Source: Draconibacterium sp.
Lineage (GTDB): Bacteria; Bacteroidota; Bacteroidia; Bacteroidales; Prolixibacteraceae
DNA length: 64,000 nucleotides
NCBI GenBank assembly: GCA_041596165.1
Contig: JBFHJA010000001.1
Location: 18,956-82,955, forward strand
Direction of reading: 5' to 3'
Shown: positions 1 through 9,450 of the stretch, in pieces
How positions within the stretch are numbered: position 1 is the stretch's first letter
Layout: each line of letters starts with the position of its first letter
The notes under the pieces: generated by a model
Told to the model about the DNA's origin: nothing
The model's database searches: none
What the model saw: only the letters and a program-made list of their open reading frames with translations
Program-made: the position numbers and the translations under genes

Positions 1-2
1 AC

Positions 3-275
3 CAAGCTCTTTTTCGTAGGTTTGATGATCTTATTTTGTATCATTTACCTGATGAAAAGGAAAAACTTGCACTACTAAAAAATAGACTTTCTCAATTCAG
101 TAAAAAAGTAAAATTTAATGAACTACTTCCCAATATAAATGGTTTAAGCCATGCTGAAATATCACTTGCATGTATTGACGCCATAAAAGAAACGGTCTTA
201 AATGATAAGCAGCAAATGACCAATCAATTAGTCTTAAAAGCAATCAAAGACCGAAATGCAGCATATCACAAATAA
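3..275 (+). CDS. AAA+ ATPase, C-terminal part (5' end outside window); IetA-like partner of the S8 protease
   Basis: Frame is open from base 3 and reads QALFRRFDDLILYHLP, the AAA second region of homology (arginine finger), then lid helix GLSHAEI; ends 9 bp upstream of an S8 protease. Confidence 0.8.
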   Translation, partial: QALFRRFDDLILYHLPDEKEKLALLKNRLSQFSKKVKFNELLPNINGLSHAEISLACIDAIKETVLNDKQQMTNQLVLKAIKDRNAAYHK

Positions 276-284
276 TTTTAAGGC

Positions 285-3011
285 ATGGCAGATCCATACA
301 AGCATATTTTTTTAACCGGAAATGTAAGAAGCGAGAAATATAAAATTAAAGGTACTCCTATTACTCCTAAACCATTACCTGTAAGAGATAGATTATCTCA
401 CAGCCGAAGACTTATAGCACAGTTCGATGCCATTTGGCAAGAAAAAGAACAGATGCAACAACAACGGGGAGCGGAACAAATTACCACAAGAGAGGGAACA
501 TATATTTCATTTACCAGTGCGACAGACTATGATTTGATTACCAAAAGTCTGGAAGACATTAGAAAAGGTATTCGATTACTAAACATCAAAGAAATTTCTG
601 TTGGCGAGAATCAAACACAAATAAGAGCGACAGTATATGTTCCAAATGGTAAAGAAGGTTTATTCATAAGTAAAATAAATTCTTATAGTACGAAAAATAA
701 TACAGCAATTACTTTTCCAAATCAAGTACCCCACGAATCAGTTTCTGATACAATTAATCAACTTGAAAATAGTATTAATCTCAAAAGTATAAAAGACACC
801 CTGATTGATGGATTACTTAGGACTAAAGCTTCAGTTAATTTGCCAGTTGAGCACGAAGAATTTTTCACAAATGAAATTCTAAGACTTTTTCCGAATACAG
901 AAATAAAAATTACACCCTCGAATGCTGATTTTGTAAATAGCATTGAAGATGTAAGAATAGCTTTATTGGAAGGGTTATGGACAGATAATCCACAACTGAT
1001 GCCGACAGACAGTACGAAATGGTGCGAAGCTTGGCTAAACGTAAACACGAAAGAAAACCAAGAACAGGAACAAATTGCACAGTTTAATACAACTCTCGAA
1101 AATATTGGCATTGAATATAAACATAATAGCTACATAATATTCCCCGAGAGAGCCGTTTTGCTTATCAATGTAAATAGAGAACAATTAATTGAATTGATGC
1201 TTCAAAGTGATTTGTTAGCAGAATTCAGAGCAGGGCAAGAACCCGCAGGATTTTGGGTAAACGAGAGTAGCGTTGAGCAACAGAATTGGGTTGATGATTT
1301 ATTGAATAGAATTGAACTTGTTGACAGTAATGTGAAAATCTGCCTTTTAGATTCTGGCGTTAACAACGGGCATCAATTATTACACCCATTGTTAGACGAT
1401 GCTAATACATTGACTGTTGAAGTTGCTTGGGGTACAGAAGACCATGAATTACAAGCTGGCCACGGAACATTGATGGCTGGTATTGCAGGATATGGGCAAA
1501 TGGAAAAGTTGCTTATTTCTGAAAATACAATTCCGCTTACACATAAACTTTGTTCTGTAAAAATACTTCCACGTCACAATCAAGAAGAAACTAAGGAACA
1601 ACATTGGGGTTTTATTACAAATCAAGCAATCTCACGAGCAGAAATTCAAAATGAAAATCATAGATTAATCTATTGTTTGTCTGTTACTGCTTTAAAAGGC
1701 TCAGATAAAGGACGACCTTCTTCCTGGTCGGGCGAGATCGACAATTTAGCTTTTGGAGAAGGTGAAAATCAGCGATTAATAATTGTTTCCGCTGGTAATA
1801 TGGATAAATATTATCCTGATTTGAATGATTTAATTGATTATCCAGCTATCAATATTGCTTCTTCTGTTCAAAATCCAGCACAATCATGGAACGCAATTGT
1901 TGTCGGAGCATTTACCGAAAAAATTCAGGTTAGAAATGGTGTAGTTAATTTTCAAGAGTACTTACCACTTGCCCAAGAGGGAGAACTTTCGCCACATAGC
2001 ACAACTTCAAGATTTTGGGAGAACAAATGGCCAATAAAGCCCGATGTAGTATTTGAAGGTGGAAATTTATTGGTAGCTCCTGATGGGAGAAGTATTACTA
2101 ATCATGAGGATTTAGATTTATTGTCAACTTCAAAGTCATTTCGGATAAAACCATTTGACACCATTAATGCTACAAGTGCTGCGGCTGCACAAGCATCGTG
2201 GTTTGCCGCAAAAATAGCTTACGAATATCCAAACGCTTGGGCGGAAACTGTAAGAGGGTTGATAGTTCATTCTGCTAATTGGAATTCTGCTATGCTAAGG
2301 CAATTAAATGTTCGGAGGACGGTAAAAGGTGATTATGGAGATTTGTTAAGGACCTTTGGTTTTGGAGTTCCTGATATAAACAATGCTTTATATAGTAAAG
2401 AAAGTGCTTTTACAGTAATTGCTCAAGAAACCATACAGCCTTTTAGTTATAAAGTTGGTAGCAGTATACCAGAAACAAATGAAATACATTTTTACAAACT
2501 ACCTTGGCCAAACGATTTATTGTTAGGAATGGGTGGAATACCTGTGAAGCTTAGAGTTACGCTTTCATATTTTATTGAACCTGGTGCAGGAGAAATAGGT
2601 TGGAAAGATAAATATCGTTATCAGTCTCACGGTTTAAGATTCGATGTAAACAATGTGGGAGAAAGTGAAGAAGTTTTTAGAAAGAGATTGAACGTTGCAG
2701 CAAGAGAAGAAAACGAAGAAGTCGTTAGAAATTCAGGGAGTTACCGTTGGTTGATAGGAAAAGACAATCGAAGTAATGGCTCAATACATTCAGATTTCAT
2801 GGAATTGACCGCTGCTGAATTAGCTGAGTGTAATCATATTGCTGTTTATCCTATTATTGGCTGGTGGCGTGAACGAAATAATTTAGGGAAAGTTGAAAAC
2901 AAAGCACGTTATTCCCTAATAATTTCACTCGAAACACCAACACAAGACGTTGAATTATATACAACTGTTAAAAATTTAATCGAAGTGCCAATAGAAATTA
3001 GAACGGCGTAA
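285..3011 (+). CDS. S8 subtilisin-like serine protease (Y4bN/IetS-like)
   Basis: Catalytic motifs LLDSG (D), GHGT (H), SAGN (oxyanion N), ATSAAA (S), plus IKPDVVFEGGN; no signal peptide; follows an AAA ATPase. Confidence 0.9.
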   Translation: MADPYKHIFLTGNVRSEKYKIKGTPITPKPLPVRDRLSHSRRLIAQFDAIWQEKEQMQQQRGAEQITTREGTYISFTSATDYDLITKSLEDIRKGIRLLNIKEISVGENQTQIRATVYVPNGKEGLFISKINSYSTKNNTAITFPNQVPHESVSDTINQLENSINLKSIKDTLIDGLLRTKASVNLPVEHEEFFTNEILRLFPNTEIKITPSNADFVNSIEDVRIALLEGLWTDNPQLMPTDSTKWCEAWLNVNTKENQEQEQIAQFNTTLENIGIEYKHNSYIIFPERAVLLINVNREQLIELMLQSDLLAEFRAGQEPAGFWVNESSVEQQNWVDDLLNRIELVDSNVKICLLDSGVNNGHQLLHPLLDDANTLTVEVAWGTEDHELQAGHGTLMAGIAGYGQMEKLLISENTIPLTHKLCSVKILPRHNQEETKEQHWGFITNQAISRAEIQNENHRLIYCLSVTALKGSDKGRPSSWSGEIDNLAFGEGENQRLIIVSAGNMDKYYPDLNDLIDYPAINIASSVQNPAQSWNAIVVGAFTEKIQVRNGVVNFQEYLPLAQEGELSPHSTTSRFWENKWPIKPDVVFEGGNLLVAPDGRSITNHEDLDLLSTSKSFRIKPFDTINATSAAAAQASWFAAKIAYEYPNAWAETVRGLIVHSANWNSAMLRQLNVRRTVKGDYGDLLRTFGFGVPDINNALYSKESAFTVIAQETIQPFSYKVGSSIPETNEIHFYKLPWPNDLLLGMGGIPVKLRVTLSYFIEPGAGEIGWKDKYRYQSHGLRFDVNNVGESEEVFRKRLNVAAREENEEVVRNSGSYRWLIGKDNRSNGSIHSDFMELTAAELAECNHIAVYPIIGWWRERNNLGKVENKARYSLIISLETPTQDVELYTTVKNLIEVPIEIRTA

Positions 3012-3203
3012 TATGAAAACTTATTTTGTATAATATTTGAAGAAAACTGAATAATGACAATGGTTTACTAGACTGGAAGATAGAACTCCAGGAGGTAACA
3101 GGCAGTATATTTTATTGCCGAGTTAGTGGGTATTTCAGCGTTTCTGCTTCTAAGAAACTTTCGTTTAACTTGACAGATTTTTGCTTCTAAGTCGGAAACA
3201 AAA

Positions 3204-4538
3204 GACACTATCCTAAGAAGTGTGTAAGTTAAAAATACCGAGGGTTTAGCTATTTATAGCTGGACCCTTTTTTCAAATAAGATTAAGAACTGATTCAGGA
3301 CAATGCCCCAGTTTTGGATTGGCATTGACCATTTTTTAGTAGCTTCTCTCAAAGCCAAATATACTGATTTCATAACAGCCTGGTCAGAAGGAAATGAAAG
3401 TTTATTTTTGGTATACTTTCTGATTTTGCCATTCAGGTTTTCAATCAGGTTTGTAGTATAGATTATTTTGCGGATTTCCAGGGGGAACTCAAAAAATACG
3501 GTAAGGTCTTCCCAGTTGTCCCTCCAGCTTTTAATAGCATAGGAATACTTATCTTCCCACTGGGTTGCAAAATCATTCAGGGCGGCTTTTGCAGCTTCTT
3601 TTGTAGGGGCATTGTAAATATGCTTCATGTCTTTTGTAAATGCTTTTTTATCCTTCCAAACCACATACCTGCAGGCGTTTCGGATTTGGTGTACCACGCA
3701 AATTTGTGTTTTGGATTGTGGAAACACATTTCTGATGGTATCGGTAAAGCCATTCAGGTTATCAGTGGCTGTAATCAGGATATCTTCGACTCCCCGGGCA
3801 CGGATATCGGTAAGTACACTCATCCAAAAAGCCGCAGACTCGTTCTTGCCCAGCCAGAGTCCCAGTACTTCTTTCTTTCCATCCCGTTTTAGTCCAACTG
3901 CAATGTAAATGGTTTTATTGATGACCTTGGAGTTTTCGCGTACTTTGAATACTATCCCGTCCATCCAGACGATTAAATAAACAGGTTCCAATGGACGGTT
4001 CTGCCAGGCAACAATGTCGTCTGTAATGGCATCTGTAATGCGGGATATGGTGGATGTAGAAACGTCAAAACCATAAACCTCACGGATTTGCTCTTCAATA
4101 TCGCTATTGCTCATTCCTTTGGCATACAGTGAAACAATCACGTTTTCAATTCCGTCAACCATATTGCCCCGTTTAGGAACAATCATTGGGTTAAAAGAAG
4201 CATCGCGGTCTCTTGGAACCTGGATATTAGATTCACCAAAAGAGGTGCGTACTTTCTTTTCTGAAAAGCCATTACGGGCATTTGAATTGTCGGACTTCTG
4301 GTTTTTGGAATATCCCAGGTGCCCGTCAAGTTCTCCTTCAAGCATCTTCTCAATGCCCCGTTTTTGAAGTTGCTTCAAAAAATCATTGAGCTCCTCTGCT
4401 GTCTTGAACTCTTTGAGGAAATCTTCTTTAAATAAATCTTCTTTTTTCATTACTGTGTAAAATTTAAAATTAAACAAAAAAATACCGGGGGTTGCAACCC
4501 CCGGTATTTTCCATTTACACAGTTTATGAGATAGTGCT
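3204..4538 (-). mobile_element. IS256-family insertion sequence, 1335 bp, with 8-bp target duplication
   Basis: Imperfect terminal IRs (gacactatcctaagaagtgtgtaagttaaaaatacc vs reverse complement agcactatctcataaactgtgtaaatggaaaatacc); AAACAAAA duplicated at 3196-3203 and 4539-4546. Confidence 0.92.
3254..4450 (-). CDS. IS256-family DDE transposase (alternative start 4477)
   Basis: Motifs [40 protein letters not shown]. Confidence 0.95.
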   Translation of the reverse strand: MKKEDLFKEDFLKEFKTAEELNDFLKQLQKRGIEKMLEGELDGHLGYSKNQKSDNSNARNGFSEKKVRTSFGESNIQVPRDRDASFNPMIVPKRGNMVDGIENVIVSLYAKGMSNSDIEEQIREVYGFDVSTSTISRITDAITDDIVAWQNRPLEPVYLIVWMDGIVFKVRENSKVINKTIYIAVGLKRDGKKEVLGLWLGKNESAAFWMSVLTDIRARGVEDILITATDNLNGFTDTIRNVFPQSKTQICVVHQIRNACRYVVWKDKKAFTKDMKHIYNAPTKEAAKAALNDFATQWEDKYSYAIKSWRDNWEDLTVFFEFPLEIRKIIYTTNLIENLNGKIRKYTKNKLSFPSDQAVMKSVYLALREATKKWSMPIQNWGIVLNQFLILFEKRVQL

Positions 4539-4735
4539 AAACAAAAACATACCGCTAAAACGTTATGATTTTAGCTTATTCCATTAAGGAACATACATGC
4601 TTTGCATATTTTATTGAAACTTCTCCTATTTCTGCTGTTTTAGGCATTCTTTAACATTGTACTTCTTCTTTATCATTTTATTTTTAAGATTTTATTTCTT
4701 AATATAGTTCAATTTTACTCTCTTTTTTTTAGAAT

Positions 4736-4832
4736 ATTTGGGCGATTTCCGCAGGAAGCGGAACCGGGCTTTTATTTCAATCTTTTTTAAGAATCAAAAG
4801 GATTTATATGGCAATCCCAAAGATATCGCAAA
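4736..4832. repeat. Copy 1 of a ~100-bp structured repeat (copy 2 at 6286-6381)
   Basis: Both copies start tttgggcgatttccgcaggaagcggaaccg, contain aatcttt..aaaggattt and end aaagatatcgc; internal hairpins ttccgc/gcggaa. Confidence 0.7.
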
Positions 4833-5482
4833 CAGACAACTGATCTGCTCCCTGAAAATCCTGCTTTCTGGATTCCTTTTGGAAACTTCCGTTAGATTGG
4901 TCCCGGTCTGCATCCATATCCAGTTCATTTTTGCTTTCCTGCTTCCTTTGCTGCTTTCCGGCTTACCCTTGGCGTTATTCCAGCTTATCCGGTACAGCTT
5001 CACTTTTTCAACACCGCTGAAACATAGACTGTATGTATCCAACCCTGCCTTTGCCCTACATCAAGTTCAAACTTGTACTCAACACATCAAATTCGTAGGT
5101 TAATCAGCCCCTCCACTTTCGAAACTTTAAACGATATCTCATGTTAGCAAGCTGTGCCTAATCCGAAATAAACTTTGAGGCACTTTTCAAGGATAATTTT
5201 TACATTTTATCTTAATGCTATGCTAAGGTGATATACCAAACCAAAAGTGTTTCACAAATCGTTTATTTTTTGGTGTGAAACTTTTTGCGCCTGCCAAACA
5301 AAACAGGAAGTTCTGTTTGTCAATCTCAAAAACCCTTTCTTAAATGGAAAAAAAAGTTTTTTAAGAAGGAATAAAATTTCGCGCACACTTTCGCACTCAT
5401 TTTATCCAAAAAACTTTTAGGGATTTTCCATTTATTGTGGAATATCTGTACCTGCATATTATTAATATAAATAAAAATTATC

Positions 5483-5833
5483 ATGAAAAAGTACACAAAA
5501 GTTTACATCGGAAAAGGCACGCAGGTTGCTAACATGGACATCGTAAAAGTTAATTTGAAAGTGGAAGAACTACTTAAACTTACCCACGAATTTAACGGGG
5601 TTGAGTACCTGACATTCGAACTTGCAAAAATGCAGAGCAAAGACGATTACGGTCGGACACACACCGCTTATGTATCTGTTCGCGATGCTGAAAAAGAAGA
5701 AGAAGCTGAACCGGAAACAAAAGCTGAAAAAGCTGCAAGAAAAGCCGCTGAAAAAGCTGCAAAGAAAGCCGTTGAAAAAGCAAAAATGGAAGAACTGGTT
5801 TTGGAAACAGTAGACCAGGAAATTCCATTCTAA
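5483..5833 (+). CDS. Small phage-type single-stranded DNA-binding protein (putative)
   Basis: N-terminal YIGKG...DDYGRTHTAYV domain resembling phage SSBs, Ala/Lys/Glu linker, acidic C-terminal tip DQEIPF like the SSB-Ct. Confidence 0.6.
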   Translation: MKKYTKVYIGKGTQVANMDIVKVNLKVEELLKLTHEFNGVEYLTFELAKMQSKDDYGRTHTAYVSVRDAEKEEEAEPETKAEKAARKAAEKAAKKAVEKAKMEELVLETVDQEIPF

Positions 5834-5852
5834 CGGAAGCTCACTCCAAAAG

Positions 5853-5879
5853 AAATCTTGCGAAAGCAGGATTTTTTTT
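5853..5879 (+). terminator. Intrinsic terminator
   Basis: aaatcttgc-gaaa-gcaggattt followed by a T run. Confidence 0.65.
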
Positions 5880-5897
5880 GTACGCACTCCAAATCCA

Positions 5898-6251
5898 TTA
5901 AATCATTTCAGCCCGCTTCGCGGACTGAAATCCCGGGTTAATTAGCTGTTTTAGCTGACCTTCGCTGATTAGTTTCTGTGAGAATAAAAGCTGACCGTGG
6001 GTTACTTCAGTCCCGATGATTGTCATCCTTGATATCTGATGATCCCATGTTGTTCTATCTTTATATTTATCTAATTCAAGATCATGTTCGCCTGGTATAG
6101 TAGTTGTTATTCCTTTTTTTGTCACTGACTTTACCAGAACATAATATGGCTTTTTAATATAATAGCCTGGTTTCATTTTAACTACCATGCCTGTTTTAAA
6201 ATCACTCGGTTCTAAGTTATTTCTTACTGCCTTTTTAAATATTTCAAACAT
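5898..6251 (-). CDS. Hypothetical protein
   Basis: 117-aa ORF with normal composition; A-rich upstream context; repeat copy 2 lies directly upstream. Confidence 0.55.
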   Translation of the reverse strand: MFEIFKKAVRNNLEPSDFKTGMVVKMKPGYYIKKPYYVLVKSVTKKGITTTIPGEHDLELDKYKDRTTWDHQISRMTIIGTEVTHGQLLFSQKLISEGQLKQLINPGFQSAKRAEMI

Positions 6252-6285
6252 TTTTTATTTCAAATTTAGTCTATTTTTAAGAATG

Positions 6286-6381
6286 TTTTGGGCGATTTCC
6301 GCAGGAAGCGGAACCGTTCGTTTTTCCAAATCTTTCGTAGGAACCGAAAGGATTTTCCCTGCACTCAAAAAGATATCGCTC
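6286..6381. repeat. Copy 2 of the ~100-bp structured repeat
   Basis: Shares the 5' 30 nt and the 3' aaagatatcgc with 4736-4832. Confidence 0.7.
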
Positions 6382-6626
6382 CCGATAGCCATCAGGACAG
6401 CCAAATCCGAGAATTCAGTCCTACCGGACTGGTTGAAGTAAAGAGTTTAGCGGTATTCGGCCATAAAACTTATTGATTATGAAAGAAGATAATCAATTAA
6501 CCGGACAAGGATAATACGAGCGCTTAACCGTAAAATTTTTTTTTCACGCAGAAGAAGAAGTCTCCGCGAAAAAATAGTTTTACTGGCGCCCTTGTCCCTC
6601 AAAGTTTTATAACCTCATGTACTTAC

Positions 6627-6872
6627 TTCGACTTCATGCATACCGTTACTTCGTTCCGCAAGCAAAGATATGGGCACGTCGAAAAATGTAAAGGGGAACT
6701 TTTCAAAAACTCCTGATGGCATTTTTTTGAAAAGTTTCCTTCGGATGCGTTCAGTTTTATTTAGTGTTTATGCGCTTCGCTTTTTGGTATAAAACTGACA
6801 TGCACCCCTTGACACTATTTCTCCCTATCCCATACCCTTGCTTGCAAAAAAAAAACGGTAGCTGAAGCCGAG
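6627..6872 (+). promoter_or_regulatory. Long imperfect hairpin, candidate ssDNA (Frpo-like) promoter
   Basis: Arms taccgtt/aacggta, gcaagcaaagatatggg/cccatacccttgcttgc, tgtaaagggg/ccccttgaca; CAAAGATA at 6663-6670 is the complement of TAnnTTTG. Confidence 0.6.
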
Positions 6873-6909
6873 ATTCAGTGTTTTTTATGAAAATTTTAAT
6901 TTAAGAATT

Positions 6910-7245
6910 ATGAAAAGAGAAATGATTTTGAATGTGAAAAACAAAAGAACACACATTGCAGAAGTAGGTAAGGTTGATGTGTATTGCGGACGTGGTTCTG
7001 TACTTGGAAACCCTTTTTCACATAAAGAAGGAACGCGTGCAAAGTTTGTAATGGAAAGCCGTGATGAAGCGGTGGAAGCTTACAGAACTTATTTTAAAAC
7101 ACAGATGGAAACAAATTCTGAGTTTTTAAATGAGATGAGAAGGATTTACAGAATTGCAAGAAAAAGTGAAGTGAACCTGGTTTGCTATTGTGCTCCGCTG
7201 AGATGTCATTGCGATGTGATTAGGGGATTTTTGCTGAGTTTTTAA
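6910..7245 (+). CDS. DUF4326 family protein
   Basis: VYCGRGSVLGNPF...LVCYCAPLRCHCDVI signature. Confidence 0.85.
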   Translation: MKREMILNVKNKRTHIAEVGKVDVYCGRGSVLGNPFSHKEGTRAKFVMESRDEAVEAYRTYFKTQMETNSEFLNEMRRIYRIARKSEVNLVCYCAPLRCHCDVIRGFLLSF

Positions 7246-7278
7246 TTGAGAATTATAAATAATTTAAAATATAGAAAA

Positions 7279-7641
7279 ATGAAACAGAGTGCTTTTAGAG
7301 TGATCGTTGCAGGCGGAAGGGATTTTCACGATTACAGCCTGCTTAAAGAAAAATTGGATGTGCTGCTTTCAAATAAAGAAAATGTGGTCATTATTTCAGG
7401 ACTTGCAAAAGGTGCTGACACATTGGGTGAAAAATACGCACATCAAAATAAATTGGTTGTTTCTTATTACCCGGCACTATGGAATCAACATGGAAGCCGC
7501 GCTGGTTTCATAAGAAATGAAGAAATGGCAAAAACCGCTGATGCATGTATATGTTTCTGGGATGGTGCATCAGTGGGCACAAAACACATGATTGATACAG
7601 CAAAATCAATGAATATCAAACTTCGTGTAATTGGGTATTGA
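7279..7641 (+). CDS. SLOG superfamily protein (DUF2493/YspA-like)
   Basis: VIVAGGRDF, SGLAKGADTLG, AGFIRNEEM, FWDGASVGTKHMI. Confidence 0.85.
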   Translation: MKQSAFRVIVAGGRDFHDYSLLKEKLDVLLSNKENVVIISGLAKGADTLGEKYAHQNKLVVSYYPALWNQHGSRAGFIRNEEMAKTADACICFWDGASVGTKHMIDTAKSMNIKLRVIGY

Positions 7642-7681
7642 TTTTACTTAAAAAATAAATTTTTAATTATAAATAATAACT

Positions 7682-7748
7682 GGTGTGCCTGACCTGTCCG
7701 AATGGATTCATCCGGGCGGATACCAAAAAGAATCCGTGTAGGCAGCGG
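7682..7748 (+). ncRNA. Leader RNA motif copy 1 (unassigned pseudoknot-like motif)
   Basis: GGTG-TGCCT-GA-[hairpin]-TACC-A-rich-CCGT-GTAGGCA-GCGG, 9 nt before ATG 7758. Confidence 0.6.
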
Positions 7749-7757
7749 TAAATTTCT

Positions 7758-8201
7758 ATGGATATTAAATTTGAAAACCAATTTCCTAAAACTTTGGGTT
7801 GTGTAGTGAGTTACAAGGGTAAAAAATACTTGTTGTGGCATGTGAATTCCTTCGGAAAAGCACAATTGATGAACCCCGATGGTACTAAATTCTCCGGTAC
7901 TCCGGAAGTTGATAAACTGACCTGGTTGTATCAGGTTCCAATTGTGAATTTCAACAAAGTGGATTATGCTGTGGATATTAAACACAGAATAATTTCCCTG
8001 GCTACCGGCAAAATCTGTTATACTTCCGGGACTGTAAGAGATTTCATCCTTGAAGAAGTCAAAAAGTCTGAAATCGTTAAAATCCATGAAAATTACGATA
8101 TGGGTTTTCTTACTTTCAGAGAGTTTTACTACCAGACGATTACTGCTATCAAAGAACATATTCAGGAGTTCTTTCCACCGGATTATCGTATTGTGTATTA
8201 A
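7758..8201 (+). CDS. Hypothetical protein
   Basis: 147-aa ORF after the leader motif, followed by a terminator. Confidence 0.7.
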   Translation: MDIKFENQFPKTLGCVVSYKGKKYLLWHVNSFGKAQLMNPDGTKFSGTPEVDKLTWLYQVPIVNFNKVDYAVDIKHRIISLATGKICYTSGTVRDFILEEVKKSEIVKIHENYDMGFLTFREFYYQTITAIKEHIQEFFPPDYRIVY

Positions 8202-8204
8202 AAG

Positions 8205-8227
8205 AAAGGGGCTTTCGCCCTTTTTTT
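8205..8227 (+). terminator. Intrinsic terminator
   Basis: gggc-tttc-gccc plus T7; same family as 31201, 34633, 35444. Confidence 0.75.
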
Positions 8228-8341
8228 ATCTCGTAAGCCAAAAAAACGAAAATTAGAATCATAATATATTCCATTTATCGTAATATTTTCTATTTTTGTG
8301 ACTGCTGTATCTGTATCGGTTTTTTAGCTTTTTGAAAACCT

Positions 8342-8926
8342 ATGAATAAAACAACATCAAACAAATTCATTGTTACTGTTCCTGTAAAACCTTACGTTAA
8401 AAGATTTCTTGAAATCAATTTCGGATTACCCGTTGAATTTACAAATCATCCAAAGCACAATGATAAATTTCTTTCGCTTCTTCGAAAACCGTGTTACAAA
8501 GAGGATAAAAAAATACCTGACACATTCTTTCTTTATTCTGAAAGTGTAGATATTTTTATTTCAGAACATGATTTTTATAAACATGGTTGGGAGCTTACCA
8601 AAACCAACATAGTTGCTTTTGGTAGTCGCTATGAAGATTATTCAAAACTCATGATGCGTTCAATAGTGGGAACCATGATTTCAATTGGACTTCCTGTTAA
8701 TAAAAGTATTTTGAGATTTCAAAAACAATTTCAGTTTACAGAAGATATCTGGTCTTATGAAACAATTAAAAAGGATTATTACAGGAGAGGACATAACAAC
8801 ATCATTGATTTCGATAATGAGATTTTCAACAAAATAACATATTTAATTATGCGGAATTTGTCTGATTTCGGGACAATTACTCCACAAGCAATTTTACATC
8901 ATGAAACAATTAAACAAACCCGGTGA
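8342..8926 (+). CDS. Prophage hypothetical protein, possible late-gene regulator
   Basis: First gene of the phage module, with its own TATTTTTG -7 box at 8291-8298; regulatory role is inference only. Confidence 0.55.
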   Translation: MNKTTSNKFIVTVPVKPYVKRFLEINFGLPVEFTNHPKHNDKFLSLLRKPCYKEDKKIPDTFFLYSESVDIFISEHDFYKHGWELTKTNIVAFGSRYEDYSKLMMRSIVGTMISIGLPVNKSILRFQKQFQFTEDIWSYETIKKDYYRRGHNNIIDFDNEIFNKITYLIMRNLSDFGTITPQAILHHETIKQTR

Positions 8927-9353
8927 TAACCTTGGCGGTCTTTTAAAAATATGGGCTGTACCTTTTGGAGTTTTTACAATTGTCGGAAGTACCGTCAACA
9001 TATCAAGCCACACAAATATCTGGGAAATGTACTGCTCTGCAGATTCCATGGAATTCATGGAATCCTCCGAACTAACATCGGCGGGAACTCATTTCAATAC
9101 TGTTATCAACGGATTTATTCCGCAGGATAATGCTACCCTTCAGGAAGCAATTGAATATATGGAACCCAGAAAATGGGTCGTAATATATATGGATGGAAAT
9201 GGAAATTATAAGCTTGCTGGCAATCAAACCGACCCGCTCAGGTTTACTTCAGAAATCAACACTGGCAAAGACACAGCTTCGCTGGCCGGTTGTTCTTTTA
9301 AATTTTCAGGAAAAACAAAAACACGGGCAAAGTTTGTAAACAAACCATTTTAA
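8901..9353 (+). CDS. Phage tail-tube-like structural protein (paralog of 11824-12372)
   Basis: Shares NLGGL/NMGGI, VIYMDGNGNYKLAG/FVVTDAEGQQYLMG and TGKDTA/TGKETA with 11824-12372. Confidence 0.5.
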   Translation: MKQLNKPGDNLGGLLKIWAVPFGVFTIVGSTVNISSHTNIWEMYCSADSMEFMESSELTSAGTHFNTVINGFIPQDNATLQEAIEYMEPRKWVVIYMDGNGNYKLAGNQTDPLRFTSEINTGKDTASLAGCSFKFSGKTKTRAKFVNKPF

Positions 9354-9450
9354 ACATCGGAATAACAATAATAGCGCTTTAGTCAAGCGGTTTCTGTCCT
9401 TGAAACCGCCTTTTTTGTGCCTTTAATTTGCCTGAAACAAAGCAAATTAT

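Noticed and set aside
4738-5103. ORFs 4738-5103 (+), 4794-5042 (-) and 6288-6476 (+)
   Set aside because: They start in or overlap the structured repeat, have atypical composition and no motifs; probably non-coding
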